Source: Thecamonas trahens ATCC 50062
Lineage: Eukaryota; Protista; Apusomonadida
Direction: 5' to 3'
NCBI RefSeq assembly: GCF_000142905.1
Contig: NW_013657642.1
Span: 290,551 to 354,550, forward strand
DNA: 64,000 nucleotides
The position numbers and the translations under genes are program-made. Under the pieces are notes generated by a model. It worked only from the letters and a program-made list of their open reading frames with translations, was not told the origin of the DNA and did no database searches. Below are positions 33,550 through 43,429 of this stretch, one piece after another (the first letter of the stretch is position 1; each line of letters begins with the position of its first letter).

Positions 33550-35220
33550 ATGTTTCGGTTTTCGTCGACGGCAGCGAACATGACTCAGCTTCAACAAGCC
33601 ATGCGAGTCATGGTTGGTGGTGGTGGTGTGGAGGGAGTGCGCTCGCTGTGGTCGACCGTTGGAGCTGAACATGGTGGAGGATGCTGTGCTCATGGACCAA
33701 CGATTCTGTCAACATCATCATCGTCATCATCATCGTCATCATCGGATCATATGGAAGACATCTCGGGAGCATCGCCTGGAAGTGGACCGAGTGGAGCTGA
33801 GAATGAGATCGATGTCGAGTATGGCTTTGATGTCAAGGCCAACAACGTGACCTTTGGTCGTGGAACTCGTCATGAACTTGGTGGTCTTGCTGCTCGCATT
33901 ATGGACGGTCCTGGTGCTCGTCATCTTGTGGATGATCATGGTCTTACTCCTCGTCGTGTCGGTCTTCTCACCGATAAGCGTGTGAGAGGCCTGGAGACAA
34001 CCGCTGATGTCATTCGTGCTCTTGAGTCGGCGGGACATGACGTGGTAGTGTACGACGAGGTGACTGTGGAGCCGACGGATGGCTCGTTTCTTGCTGCGGG
34101 CGAGTGGGTGGCCGAGACCAAGGCTGCGGCGTATGTGTCGGTTGGAGGCGGGTCAGTGATGGACACGACCAAGGCTGGCATTGTGTACGGCATGTACCCA
34201 CACCGCGATGGCTTCTACGGGTACATCAACAAGCCGATGGGCTCGGGCGACTCGCCGTCGGGCCTGCTTGCTCCGCACATTGCGGTGCCGACAACCTCGG
34301 GGACCGGCTCGGAGACTACCGGGTTTGCGGTGTGCGACGTGATTGAGCGCAACACCAAGACTGCGCTCGCGTCCAAGGCGCTCATTCCAGTCCACGCCGT
34401 GGTGGATCCGGCGTTTTGCGACTCGCTCACGCCCGAGATCATTTGCGCCTCGGGCTATGACGTGCTCTGCCATGCTATGGAGTCGTACACGGCGCGGCCG
34501 TACTTTATGCGAGCGGTGGATGCAGGGACAACGCCTGCCACGCACGACCGCCCGCTCAACCAGGGTGCGAACCCGATTGCCGACATTGGGTGCATCCGCG
34601 CGCTTGAGCTCTGCGCGCAGTACCTGGTCCGCGCGGTGACGGACGCCGACGACGTCGCCGCCCGCGACGGAATGATGCTGGCGTCGACGGTGGTAGGGAC
34701 GGCGATGGGCAACGCTGGAACGGCGCTCTGCCACGGTATGTCGTACCCAGTCTCTGCGTTCTCGGCCCACGGGAGCCACTGCCCGTCGCCCGAGTCGGGC
34801 TACCCGGACGCGCCGCTCCTCCCACACGGCATGTCTGTGATGATGCACGCGCCGGCAGCGTTTGCGTATCAGGTGGCGGCGGATCCTGGGCGGCACGCGG
34901 CGGTGACAGCTACGCTCGCGCAGGCCTCGGCCGCGCTGGGGCTGCGGCACGCCACCGGCGTGTCGCAAGCCGACCTTTGCGCCATGGCTGCGGACGACAC
35001 GCTGGCGCTGGGCGAGGTTCTCTCTCAGGAGCTCATTGCCATCATGCGGGCAACGGGTGTGACGCCGCCGGGCCTCTCGGCGGTCGGCATCACCATGAAC
35101 GACATTCCTGGCCTCGTCGAGCGGGCGCTTCCGCAGAAGCGGGTTCTCAACAACGCTCCGTTTGCGGTCTCGGCCGCCGACCTCTCGGTCATCTACGAGG
35201 ACTCGCTCAACCTGTGGTGA
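33550..35220 (+). CDS. ADHFE1: Hydroxyacid-oxoacid transhydrogenase (Fe-ADH family), mitochondrial
   Basis: VEPTDGSF, VGGGSVMDTTK, VPTTSGTGSETTG, DVLCHAMESYTA, GNAGTALCHGMSYP, PHGMSV. Confidence 0.93.
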   Translation: MFRFSSTAANMTQLQQAMRVMVGGGGVEGVRSLWSTVGAEHGGGCCAHGPTILSTSSSSSSSSSSDHMEDISGASPGSGPSGAENEIDVEYGFDVKANNVTFGRGTRHELGGLAARIMDGPGARHLVDDHGLTPRRVGLLTDKRVRGLETTADVIRALESAGHDVVVYDEVTVEPTDGSFLAAGEWVAETKAAAYVSVGGGSVMDTTKAGIVYGMYPHRDGFYGYINKPMGSGDSPSGLLAPHIAVPTTSGTGSETTGFAVCDVIERNTKTALASKALIPVHAVVDPAFCDSLTPEIICASGYDVLCHAMESYTARPYFMRAVDAGTTPATHDRPLNQGANPIADIGCIRALELCAQYLVRAVTDADDVAARDGMMLASTVVGTAMGNAGTALCHGMSYPVSAFSAHGSHCPSPESGYPDAPLLPHGMSVMMHAPAAFAYQVAADPGRHAAVTATLAQASAALGLRHATGVSQADLCAMAADDTLALGEVLSQELIAIMRATGVTPPGLSAVGITMNDIPGLVERALPQKRVLNNAPFAVSAADLSVIYEDSLNLW

Positions 35221-35247
35221 CGACGAGCTTTTAAATCAACGCAAATA

Positions 35248-37596
35248 CTACTGCATGCTGCGTTCGCGGACGTCATGATGGGCCGAGTGGAGTGGGACGG
35301 CTGGCTCGGACGCCGCCATGTCCCGCAGCGGGACCGGGCGGCTCGGCCGCGGCGGGGTGATGGGGCGCATCGGCTTGGGCTGGCTGGCGCGGCGAGAGGG
35401 GCTGGCATCAGACGCCGGCGCAACGCCGCGGCGGGAGCTCGGATGGCCAAACGCCTTGCGTGCTGCCGACTCTGACGGCATCTCCTCGGGCACGGCGCTC
35501 GCGGCGGTCGACGTGTCGTGCGGGTTGGCCGGAGCCGGCGCTGAAGCGACGACCTCGGGCAGGACGTCTGGGCGAAGGGTGGTCACCACGGTCGAGGGCA
35601 GGCTCACCATGGGCAAGTCGTGGAAAAACTTGGTTGGCCGCGGGAGGGCGGCGAGGATCCAGCCTGCCAGGGTTCCGCCGAGCAGGCCAGCAGTGAGGGC
35701 GATGCCGAGGGCCATGGCCTGGTACAGCGGCTGCCACGAGTTGTGCGGAAAGAGGGCTGCGGCGTCGGCGGGCGTGTAGGCCGACGAGCGCGAGGCCCAG
35801 GTGACGCCGATGGACCAGAGCGCACCCACGGCGCCTGGCACTGCGAGGGTGGCCACCAATTGGGAGCGGTCGTGCCACATGAGCCAGACCGGCGAGCGGG
35901 CGTCGACGCCAGCCTGGGCGAGGGCGCCGACAGCAGAGCCGACGGCGCCGGCGATGAGCGCCAGGCCGACGTTGAGCTTGTAGCCGGCGAGCGGAGCAAT
36001 GGTGACGGCACCAGCGAGTAGCCCGTTGGCAACGCCCGGAATCGTGAGCTTGGGAAGCATCCACAGCTCGATGATGACGGCACCGAGGCCACCGCCGAGC
36101 GAGGCCAGAAGCGTGTGGATGGCGGTGCGGGTGGCAGCGTCAAGTGAGGCCGACACGGCCGAGGCAAAGACGAGCGGGAGAAGGGCGACGAGCCACAGCG
36201 CACCAACCATCATGTCGCGGAGCGATCCGACCGATGCCGCGTCTGACGGATGGCGGTAGCCTGGCGTAGCATACCGCGGGTGAGTGCAGAGAGCACTCGC
36301 CGAGAGGCCAAAGACGCCGGCAACCAGCAGCTCGCCCAAGCCGCCGACTGGATCGACGGCGTCGAGAAGATCCACGCTCAGCAGCATGGCCACGCCCGCA
36401 AACAGCTGGTACAGCGCAAGGAAGACAAGCGCGCCGACAAGAGTGACCTTGCCAGCAAGACCGGCATAGCCGAGCAGTCCGGCCATGGTCAGCCGGAGTG
36501 CGCCGGCGAGCGTCGTCACTGACACCACCAACGCGCCGCCGGACTTGGTATCGAGCGCCGCGCGCGCGCCGGTCACCAAAATGGCCAGCGGCAGCAACGC
36601 CATCAGGGCCAGAGCCGGCACGACCAGAGTCGACAGCGTAGCCCTCCGGTACAATGAGAGGCGGTGCGGGATTGCCAAGCAAACAGCAGCCCTGCAAGGG
36701 TCTCCCGATTGTCGACCGTGCGTCCGTGGCCGTGCAGCCGTCCATCCGTCCATAACCAGCCGTCCGTCCATCGTCCATAACCAGCCGTCCATGACCAGCC
36801 GTCCGTCGATCGTCCATGACCAGCCGTCCGTCCGTCGTCCATGACCAGCAACCCGTCCGTCGTCCATGACCAGCAACCCGTCCGTCGTCCATGACCAGCA
36901 ACCCGTCCGTCGTCCATGACCAGCCGTCCGTCCGTCGTCCATGACCAGCAACCCGTCCGTCGTCCATGACCAGCCGTCCGTCCGTCGTCCATGACCAGCA
37001 ACCCGTCCGTCGTCCATGACCAGCCGTCCGTCCGTCGTCCATGACCAGCAACCCGTCCGTCGTCCATGACCAGCCGTCCGTCCGTCGTCCATGACCAGCA
37101 ACCCGTCCGTCGTCCATGACCAGCAACCCGTCCGTCGTCCATGACCAGCAACCCGTCCGTCGTCCATGACCAGCCGTCCGTCCGTCGTCCATGACCAGCA
37201 ACCCGTCCGTCGTCCATGACCAGCCGTCCGTCCGTCGTCCGTGACCAGCAACCCGTCCGTCGTCCATGACCAGCCGTCCGTCCGTCGTCCATGACCAGCA
37301 ACCCGTCCGTCGTCCATGACCAGCAACCCGTCCGTCGTCCATGACCAGCAACCCGTCCGTAAGTCCCCCCTCTGCCCCCCTCCCCCCTCCCCCCTCCCCT
37401 CCTTCCTTCCCCAGGGTGCGTACAATGGCGGGACAATGGCCAGGAGACTGGTGGCGGCCTCAGCCCTGACCTCGGTACCTGTGGCAAAGGCTAGGGTGTA
37501 GAAGACGAGGAGGGCCACGAGGATGACACTGCCCACACGTCGCCCACTCATTCTGCCCTTGCCTGCCCCTTCCTCACTTGCCGGGCTCTGCATCAC
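35248..37596 (-). CDS. Divergent Rhesus (Amt/Mep/Rh) family membrane protein; intron 37423-36692; 5' end uncertain
   Basis: Rh-like segments DMMVGALWLVALLP, KLTIPGVANGLLAGAV and QPLYQAMALGIAL...GG..AG...PTKFFHD. An in-frame GTACGC...GCAG intron removes the repeat array. Confidence 0.8.
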   Translation of the reverse strand: MMQSPASEEGAGKGRMSGRRVGSVILVALLVFYTLAFATGTEVRAEAATSLLAIVPPLYAPWGRKEGRGEGGGGQRGDLRTGCWSWTTDGLLVMDDGRVAGHGRRTDGWSWTTDGLLVTDDGRTAGHGRRTGCWSWTTDGRLVMDDGRVAGHGRRTGCWSWTTDGLLVMDDGRTAGHGRRTGCWSWTTDGRLVMDDGRVAGHGRRTDGWSWTTDGLLVMDDGRTAGHGRRTGCWSWTTDGLLVMDDGRVAGHGRRTDGWSWTIDGRLVMDGWLWTMDGRLVMDGWTAARPRTHGRQSGDPCRAAVCLAIPHRLSLYRRATLSTLVVPALALMALLPLAILVTGARAALDTKSGGALVVSVTTLAGALRLTMAGLLGYAGLAGKVTLVGALVFLALYQLFAGVAMLLSVDLLDAVDPVGGLGELLVAGVFGLSASALCTHPRYATPGYRHPSDAASVGSLRDMMVGALWLVALLPLVFASAVSASLDAATRTAIHTLLASLGGGLGAVIIELWMLPKLTIPGVANGLLAGAVTIAPLAGYKLNVGLALIAGAVGSAVGALAQAGVDARSPVWLMWHDRSQLVATLAVPGAVGALWSIGVTWASRSSAYTPADAAALFPHNSWQPLYQAMALGIALTAGLLGGTLAGWILAALPRPTKFFHDLPMVSLPSTVVTTLRPDVLPEVVASAPAPANPHDTSTAASAVPEEMPSESAARKAFGHPSSRRGVAPASDASPSRRASQPKPMRPITPPRPSRPVPLRDMAASEPAVPLHSAHHDVRERSMQ
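36737..37360. repeat. 25-bp intronic minisatellite (~24 units, two interspersed variants)
   Basis: atgaccagcaacccgtccgtcgtcc and atgaccagccgtccgtccgtcgtcc units. Confidence 0.97.
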
Positions 37597-37708
37597 TCTC
37601 TCCGTCCCGACGTCAAGTGCTTACCTAGGCGGGAGGGGGGGGAGGGGGGGGGAGCTTGCCCTGCTGCCAGAAAGGGACGTCCACCATTACCTGTTGTACC
37701 GGTAATCG

Positions 37709-37863
37709 TACGATTGTTGAACGAGTGGTTAATCGTTGGTACGATTATTGAACGAGTGGTTAATCGTTGGTACGATTGTTGAACGAGTGGTTAATCGTTG
37801 GTACGATTATTGAACGAGTGGTTAATCGTTGGTACGATTATTGAACGAGTGGTTAATCGTTGG
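37709..37863. repeat. 31-bp AT-rich tandem repeat x5 with an inverted repeat across each unit junction
   Basis: tacgatt(a/g)ttgaacgagtggttaatcgttgg x5; aatcgt-tggt-acgatt palindrome. Confidence 0.97.
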
Positions 37864-38301
37864 GCGCTGACTGACCATGCCGATGATCCTTGGTGGCGAT
37901 CATGGACAAGGGACCAAGCTGGATGTCGTTGCAGCTAAGCTGCACCTTGCGCCAGATCGTTGCCAACATTATCTCTGTCAGCCTCGTGCTGCTGCTGCAG
38001 CGGCACGGGGCGATCGGCGAGCAGCGGCACATCACATCGGCAAGAAGCAAGCGCGTGGTCGTTGCAATCACGATGGTAGCAGCGCGATGCCGAGTGACCG
38101 CACATCACATTGGGCGTATTGAACTGGTGTGCACGTGCAATGAGTGTCAGCGCGTGGTTCGTCCGGTTCCGCCGCCTTTCCCCGCCAATTTCGACGACGA
38201 ACATTGGTCAATGGCCGGCGGGAACAAAACCCGGCGCACCGCGCGTCATGGGTGGGCGAGGCGTGTAGGCTACACTCTACTCCTTTCCATTGTATCAGAC
38301 C

Positions 38302-39021
38302 ATGGCGACCCATATCACAGATCTTCCTACGGAGATATTGCATTTGATCGCGTTCAAGTCGTCCGTGCTCGACGCCAGGGATGTTGGCGCGCTCGCGGCT
38401 ACGTGTCGGTCGATCTCGGTGTCGCTCACCGGCGATGACTTTGCTCGCGGCCAGCATATGTTGCTTGCGGGCGTCAAGACTTCCGCTCGGCTGGGCAACT
38501 GGCGAGCGCTGCGCCGACTGCTGCATCAGGAGCTGCGTGGCGAGGGAGAGGACAAGATGGTCGCCCGCTTCGCTGAGGAGCTGCGTGCCATCAGTAACGC
38601 GCGTGCAAGCGGTCAAGACGCCGTTGACGCTGTGCTTGCCAAGCAGGCTGCGAGTCAGCTCATCGCCGTCGATGACATCAACGAGCTCTACTTTCTCTGC
38701 TACGAAATCAACGACTACGTTCCGCCGATCTGGGGCTACCTCGTGGAGGGCGATCCCGACCAGCGCTGGATCGCCAACACCGTCTCGCGCATTCGCGACG
38801 CGCTCTGCACAGACGACCTTGTCCGCGATGCCATCATTGGCACTCAGGGCACATATACCACCTTTACCGCCCATCTTGCCCTCCAGGCTGGCTCAAACAG
38901 GCTCGATCCCTTCCTTGTCGTCCGCGAGTGGGAGGACTCGCAATCGACCGAGTCTGACGAAGACACCGCCACGGCCTCGACCGCCACCCAATCAGACTCT
39001 GCCTTTGACTGGGGCTTTTGA
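38302..39021 (+). CDS. F-box-like protein with an unknown C-terminus
   Basis: ITDLPTEILHLIAF...LDARDVGALAATCRSI F-box signature. Confidence 0.7.
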   Translation: MATHITDLPTEILHLIAFKSSVLDARDVGALAATCRSISVSLTGDDFARGQHMLLAGVKTSARLGNWRALRRLLHQELRGEGEDKMVARFAEELRAISNARASGQDAVDAVLAKQAASQLIAVDDINELYFLCYEINDYVPPIWGYLVEGDPDQRWIANTVSRIRDALCTDDLVRDAIIGTQGTYTTFTAHLALQAGSNRLDPFLVVREWEDSQSTESDEDTATASTATQSDSAFDWGF

Positions 39022-39349
39022 TCAGCCTATGCCAACATGACGATTGCTGCTACATCGAGTTTGAATGACCTGCGCAATCTGATGCCATGGGATGGTCTTG
39101 TCCGGCCACTCTAAACGCTCTACTTTCTCCAAAGCCCCAACTCCCGCGAGCTGCCGATCAGGCCACCCAGCACTAGACTGCGACCGATAGTGACTCACAT
39201 ACCCCACCGTTTGCTGTCGCCCTATTTCACCCCGATCGCGGCACATCGCGTCCAACCCGACTCTCCGATCCGGCCAAAGCCAATCCGCCGACCAAAGCGC
39301 GCGACCGACTCCCGCGACCTGCCAGCACTCGACTACGACTACGACCACG

Positions 39350-40690
39350 ATGGATGTGTTGATTATTGGCGCAGTCTGCGTGGCACTTGCTGTCCTTGTA
39401 GCCCTTGTAGCTAGAGCAGTTGTAGGAGGAAGTGGTGGTGCTGGTGGTGTTGGCGGTGGCACCGGTGGTGGTGACTCTGGCCATGGCCATGGTAGTGGGC
39501 GAGGACGGGACGAGTCTGGCAAGTCGGGCAAGGGGAACAAATCGGGCAAGTCGGGCAAGTCGGGCAAGTCGGGCAAGTCGGGCAAGGCGGGCAAGGCGGG
39601 CAAGGCGGGATCATTGTCTACTGGTGGTGGTCGGAAGAAGGGCAAGAAGAAGAGCACCACACATGAATCGCCTTTGTTTATGAAGACTATCAAAGGTCAT
39701 GGTGGTGAGGTCTACTCGGCGAGCTTTGTGGCAAAGGGCATGGTGCTGGCTACCACTTCAAGTGATCGGACGGTTCAGTTTCATGCCACAACGGCAAAGA
39801 CTCTCAAGGCGGCTTCGATGCCTGTCAAGGTCATGCCTATCGAGCTGGATGAGGTCAAGTGTTTGGCAAGTGTTCCTGATGCTGACGTCGCCGTCGGACT
39901 CTCTGGTTACGCTGGTGATGTGGTTGTATTTGATCTCTCGTTCAGCGCATGGCTGGCAAGCTCAAGCTCGCGCGATCCGGTTGCCACCGAGCGGACGCGC
40001 TTCCAGCCTGGCCATCGGGACGACATTCTCAAGCTGCTGCTGTGGGGCGGTGCAAATGCGGCGCCGGTTGTCGTTACTGTCGGCCGCGACACCCTTGTCC
40101 GCATCCACTCGACCTCGGGCACCGAGCTCGCTGTCCTCGACACCAAGCAGATGCGGAACAACAACGCAGCTGTCTCTGCCGATGGGCGCTTCTTTGCCGT
40201 CGCCGCCTTTACCTCGGACGTCAAGATCTATGAGGCCGTCCGCGACAAGGCCGGCGCATTCACCGGCGTCGAGCTGGCCATGGACCTCGGTGGGCACACA
40301 CGGTCGGTCAACTTTGTCTCGTTCTCGGCCGATGCCTGCAGGGTTGCCACCCTCTCGCTCGATGGCTCGTGGATCCTGTGGGACATCGACGTCCGCTACA
40401 TGGTCAATGAGGATCCACACATCCTGCACGTCGCCGCCCTCGACGACGCCGGCCTCACTGCCGATGCCATCCACGTCTTTGAGCTCTCCCCCGACGGCAA
40501 CACCCTTGCATTTGCTATCAATGCCGACATCATGCTCTTCGACGCCAACTCGGGCGAGGCCATCGCCACTATCACCGACGCCCACGGCGAGAGCATCCGC
40601 ATCACCTCGCTCGTCTGGCACCCGTCGTCCAAGGCCCTAATCTCCACCGCCGCCATGGACAAGCACGTCCGCCTGTGGAAGACCTCGTAA
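39350..40690 (+). CDS. TBL2: Transducin beta-like 2 (ER-anchored WD40 protein)
   Basis: N-terminal TM, Lys-rich (GKS)n linker, TIKGHGGEV, DGRFFAVAAFTSDVKIYE, DGSWILWDIDVRY..NEDP. Confidence 0.88.
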   Translation: MDVLIIGAVCVALAVLVALVARAVVGGSGGAGGVGGGTGGGDSGHGHGSGRGRDESGKSGKGNKSGKSGKSGKSGKSGKAGKAGKAGSLSTGGGRKKGKKKSTTHESPLFMKTIKGHGGEVYSASFVAKGMVLATTSSDRTVQFHATTAKTLKAASMPVKVMPIELDEVKCLASVPDADVAVGLSGYAGDVVVFDLSFSAWLASSSSRDPVATERTRFQPGHRDDILKLLLWGGANAAPVVVTVGRDTLVRIHSTSGTELAVLDTKQMRNNNAAVSADGRFFAVAAFTSDVKIYEAVRDKAGAFTGVELAMDLGGHTRSVNFVSFSADACRVATLSLDGSWILWDIDVRYMVNEDPHILHVAALDDAGLTADAIHVFELSPDGNTLAFAINADIMLFDANSGEAIATITDAHGESIRITSLVWHPSSKALISTAAMDKHVRLWKTS

Positions 40691-40703
40691 GCAGTCCACA
40701 AGA

Positions 40704-42878
40704 TCATCCGCTAAAGTACTTGGTCTGCAGATGCGCGAGGTAGAAGCCGGGATCGAGCCGCGCCCCGGTCAGCGCCTCGCAGAGCTCGTTGCCGTCCGAT
40801 GGGAGCGAGCCGGCGGCATGGACTCCGCGAGCCAGCCACGGCTTGAGCGCTGTAAACGCCGCCGGATAGTTACCGTCCGCAAGCTCAGGAACCTGCGCTG
40901 ACGCCGCGCCTATCATCTGCGCCGCGTACATTGCGCCGAGCGTGTACGACGGAAAGTAACCAAACGCGCCCATCGCCCAGTGCATGTCCTGCAGCGGACC
41001 GGGGCCTCGAGCCTCGGGAATACCCAGTGCGCCGGCTTCCTCATTCCATGCGTCAGGCAGATCCGCCGCCTTGAGCTCGCCGTTGAACATCTTGGCCTCC
41101 AATGAGGTCCGCAGCACAATGTGCAGCGGGTACCGCAGCTCGTCGGCCGAGACCCGGATGCCCGAGAGATCCGGCGCGTTGGCTGCAAGGTACGCGTCGT
41201 GCGCCGATGCGCCGGGCGCCAGCTCCGGCAGCGCCGCCTGGACCTTGGGCCACACCCACTCCCAGAACGGCAGGGATTGCCCGATGTACCGCTCGTAGAG
41301 AATAGCCTGTGACTCGTGGATGCCGACCGAGAGGATGTCGCTTGCCGGGGTGCCATACGGCACCGAGCCGCTCCCGCGACCCTGCTCGTACAAGCCGTGA
41401 CCGGCCTCATGGACCGTCGCCAGCAACGCTTCGAGCACAGACTCGGTCCGAGTCGTGATCCGGACGTCGCTCTTGTGGATGCCGATGGTGAACGGATGCG
41501 GCGAGAGGTCGAGCCGCCCCGCATCAAAGTCAAAGCCCTGCGCGGCCACAACCTCCTTGCACAGACCCATCAGCGCGTCGCGATCAGCCACGGGCGCGTT
41601 GAGCGCCGCCCGAACCTCCTCAGGTGCTTCTGCAAGTGTGGGCTTGCGGCCAACCAGGTCGCGGAGCGCAGGCGCAAGGTCATCAAAGAACATCGGACCG
41701 AGATCGGCAAACTTGAGCCCTGGATTGAACATGGCCAGCGCCACATCGTACGGCGTCTCGCTCTCGATGCCGGCAGCGTGAGTGTCGACCGCCGCAGCCT
41801 GCGCCACTTTGACGTCGATGACTTCCTGGAGCAGCGGGGCAAAGGCCGGCCAGTCCAGCTGTGCGTCCGGCTGCGCCTTGCTCGCCGACCACGCCGCGAG
41901 CGTCGCCGACACCGCCTTGCTCTCGGCCTCGATGAGCGCATCCGACACCGATCCCGTGACTGCACGCTTGCGTAGTGCAAGGCGGGCAGACGCAGGCAGG
42001 TGCGAGAGCTCCGACTCGCCTGTCTCAGCGGCGGCTGCGGCCAGGTAAGGATCCGACGCCAACGACGCGGCGATCGGCCCGATGTCGCCGTCCATGACCA
42101 CGGCCTTGGACGCCATCTGAAGCTGCGACAGTGGTGCTGCCCGTGCCGCAGCGGCTCCAGGCGGCATGTTGACGTGGCGATCCCACTCGAGCACCGCAAG
42201 TGCGCTCGAGTACGATGTCAGCTTGCTCGACCATGCCTCGAGCGCGGCGCCGCGCTCCGCCACTGACCCGAGGCCGAGCCAGTTGGAGGCATCCATGACC
42301 TGGCCAAGGTCAAGAGCCGACCACGCGTTGGAATCACTTCCCACCAGCTCAGCAACAAACGGCGAGAGGTCGAGCAGGCCCGACGAGTGGGCTGGGTCGC
42401 CCGAGTCTATGCCCATCTCGCGGGCGGAGAGCATCATGCCAGCCGACTTGACGCCACGGAGCTTGGCCTTCTTGAGCTTGATCTCCACAGTCTTACCGGC
42501 GCCAGTGAGAGCAGTGACAGCATCGGGGCCAGGCGAGGCTGGCGACGAGTGAGCAGCAACATCGGCCTTGGCCTTGGCCGGCGGGGCAAAGGTAGTCAGC
42601 CGAGCACCGGGCAGGGCGACCGGGACGAACATGCCCTCGACCACATTGGGCGCACCACAGACAATGGTAGTCTCTACAGGCGACACGCCGTTCTCCTGGG
42701 CAACCTCAACCCGGCACACCACCAGCCTGTCGGCATTGGGATGTGGCTCAACGGCTGCGATGCGGCCGAGTGCGAGGTGAGCACACCGCTGCGCGTCAAT
42801 GTCCGACGAGGCGAGGCGGCGGACAAGTCGGCTCGCAACGGCTGCAGAGCGGTTACAGAGCGAGGAGGAGCGGAGCAT
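40704..42878 (-). CDS. Fusion protein: mitochondrial-type presequence + PheT-like tRNA-binding OB fold + M32 (Taq-type) metallocarboxypeptidase
   Basis: HPNADRL, IVCGAPNV and LRGVKSAGMMLS, then the M32 motifs HPF, DVRITTR, HEAGH, HESQ, IRVSADELRYPLH, QDMHW and GYFPSY, all in one uninterrupted frame. Confidence 0.9.
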   Translation of the reverse strand: MLRSSSLCNRSAAVASRLVRRLASSDIDAQRCAHLALGRIAAVEPHPNADRLVVCRVEVAQENGVSPVETTIVCGAPNVVEGMFVPVALPGARLTTFAPPAKAKADVAAHSSPASPGPDAVTALTGAGKTVEIKLKKAKLRGVKSAGMMLSAREMGIDSGDPAHSSGLLDLSPFVAELVGSDSNAWSALDLGQVMDASNWLGLGSVAERGAALEAWSSKLTSYSSALAVLEWDRHVNMPPGAAAARAAPLSQLQMASKAVVMDGDIGPIAASLASDPYLAAAAAETGESELSHLPASARLALRKRAVTGSVSDALIEAESKAVSATLAAWSASKAQPDAQLDWPAFAPLLQEVIDVKVAQAAAVDTHAAGIESETPYDVALAMFNPGLKFADLGPMFFDDLAPALRDLVGRKPTLAEAPEEVRAALNAPVADRDALMGLCKEVVAAQGFDFDAGRLDLSPHPFTIGIHKSDVRITTRTESVLEALLATVHEAGHGLYEQGRGSGSVPYGTPASDILSVGIHESQAILYERYIGQSLPFWEWVWPKVQAALPELAPGASAHDAYLAANAPDLSGIRVSADELRYPLHIVLRTSLEAKMFNGELKAADLPDAWNEEAGALGIPEARGPGPLQDMHWAMGAFGYFPSYTLGAMYAAQMIGAASAQVPELADGNYPAAFTALKPWLARGVHAAGSLPSDGNELCEALTGARLDPGFYLAHLQTKYFSG

Positions 42879-43012
42879 GGTGGGAGGAGCAAAGAGTTCA
42901 CTGGACTGAGAGAGTGGGTGGGGAGGGAGAGGGAGGGCGGAGTGTGGAGTGTGCAGGGGGAGGGAGAGAGTGGGGTGTAGGGAGGGAGAGCGTGCGCCGA
43001 CTCGGTCCAAGC

Positions 43013-43429
43013 TCAGAATGTCTCGCCCTCGGCGGGCTGGGAGAGCTTCTTGTTTGCAGACGAGCGCATGGCGTCCTTGAGAGCCATGAGAATGGTCTCC
43101 AGACCGTACTCCCTCCGCCAGTTCTTGAGAGTAGAGAGCTTGGATGGAACGACGCGGCCGGAAGAGTCGACGCAGTTCATGTTGATCTTGGAGATGAAGC
43201 TGACGACAGGCGGCTCATCCGGGTAGTTGTCACCACAGACAATACGAAGCGAGTAGATGCGACCATCATGAGCCGTGTTTGCCGGACCAATGATAGTTCC
43301 CCGCCAGTTGGTCAGCATAATGTCCTCACCATCCTCCAATCCGTACGACACCGACGGGTCGCCCAGTCCCTTCTCGCCCTTCTCCAGCTCATCAAGGAGG
43401 ACAAAGTTACGTGGAACCACAGCAGCCAT
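43013..43429 (-). CDS. UBE2V: Ubiquitin-conjugating enzyme variant (UEV1/MMS2)
   Basis: [51 protein letters not shown]. Probable 5'UTR intron ~43718-43433. Confidence 0.95.
   Translation of the reverse strand: MAAVVPRNFVLLDELEKGEKGLGDPSVSYGLEDGEDIMLTNWRGTIIGPANTAHDGRIYSLRIVCGDNYPDEPPVVSFISKINMNCVDSSGRVVPSKLSTLKNWRREYGLETILMALKDAMRSSANKKLSQPAEGETF

Noticed and set aside
36140-37487. Long ORFs in all three minus frames (WSWTTDG/VMDDGR/AGHGRR repeats)
   Set aside because: A by-product of a stop-free 25-bp minisatellite inside an intron.
37625-37687. Candidate first exon of the Rh gene (ATG 37687 to GTAAGC donor)
   Set aside because: As assembled it ends in an in-frame TAG and its phase does not fit the next acceptor; the poly-C lengths may be wrong, so it was left unannotated.
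37709-37863. CRISPR-like array (31-bp palindromic repeats)
   Set aside because: Units are head-to-tail with no unique spacers, there are no cas genes, and the context is eukaryotic.
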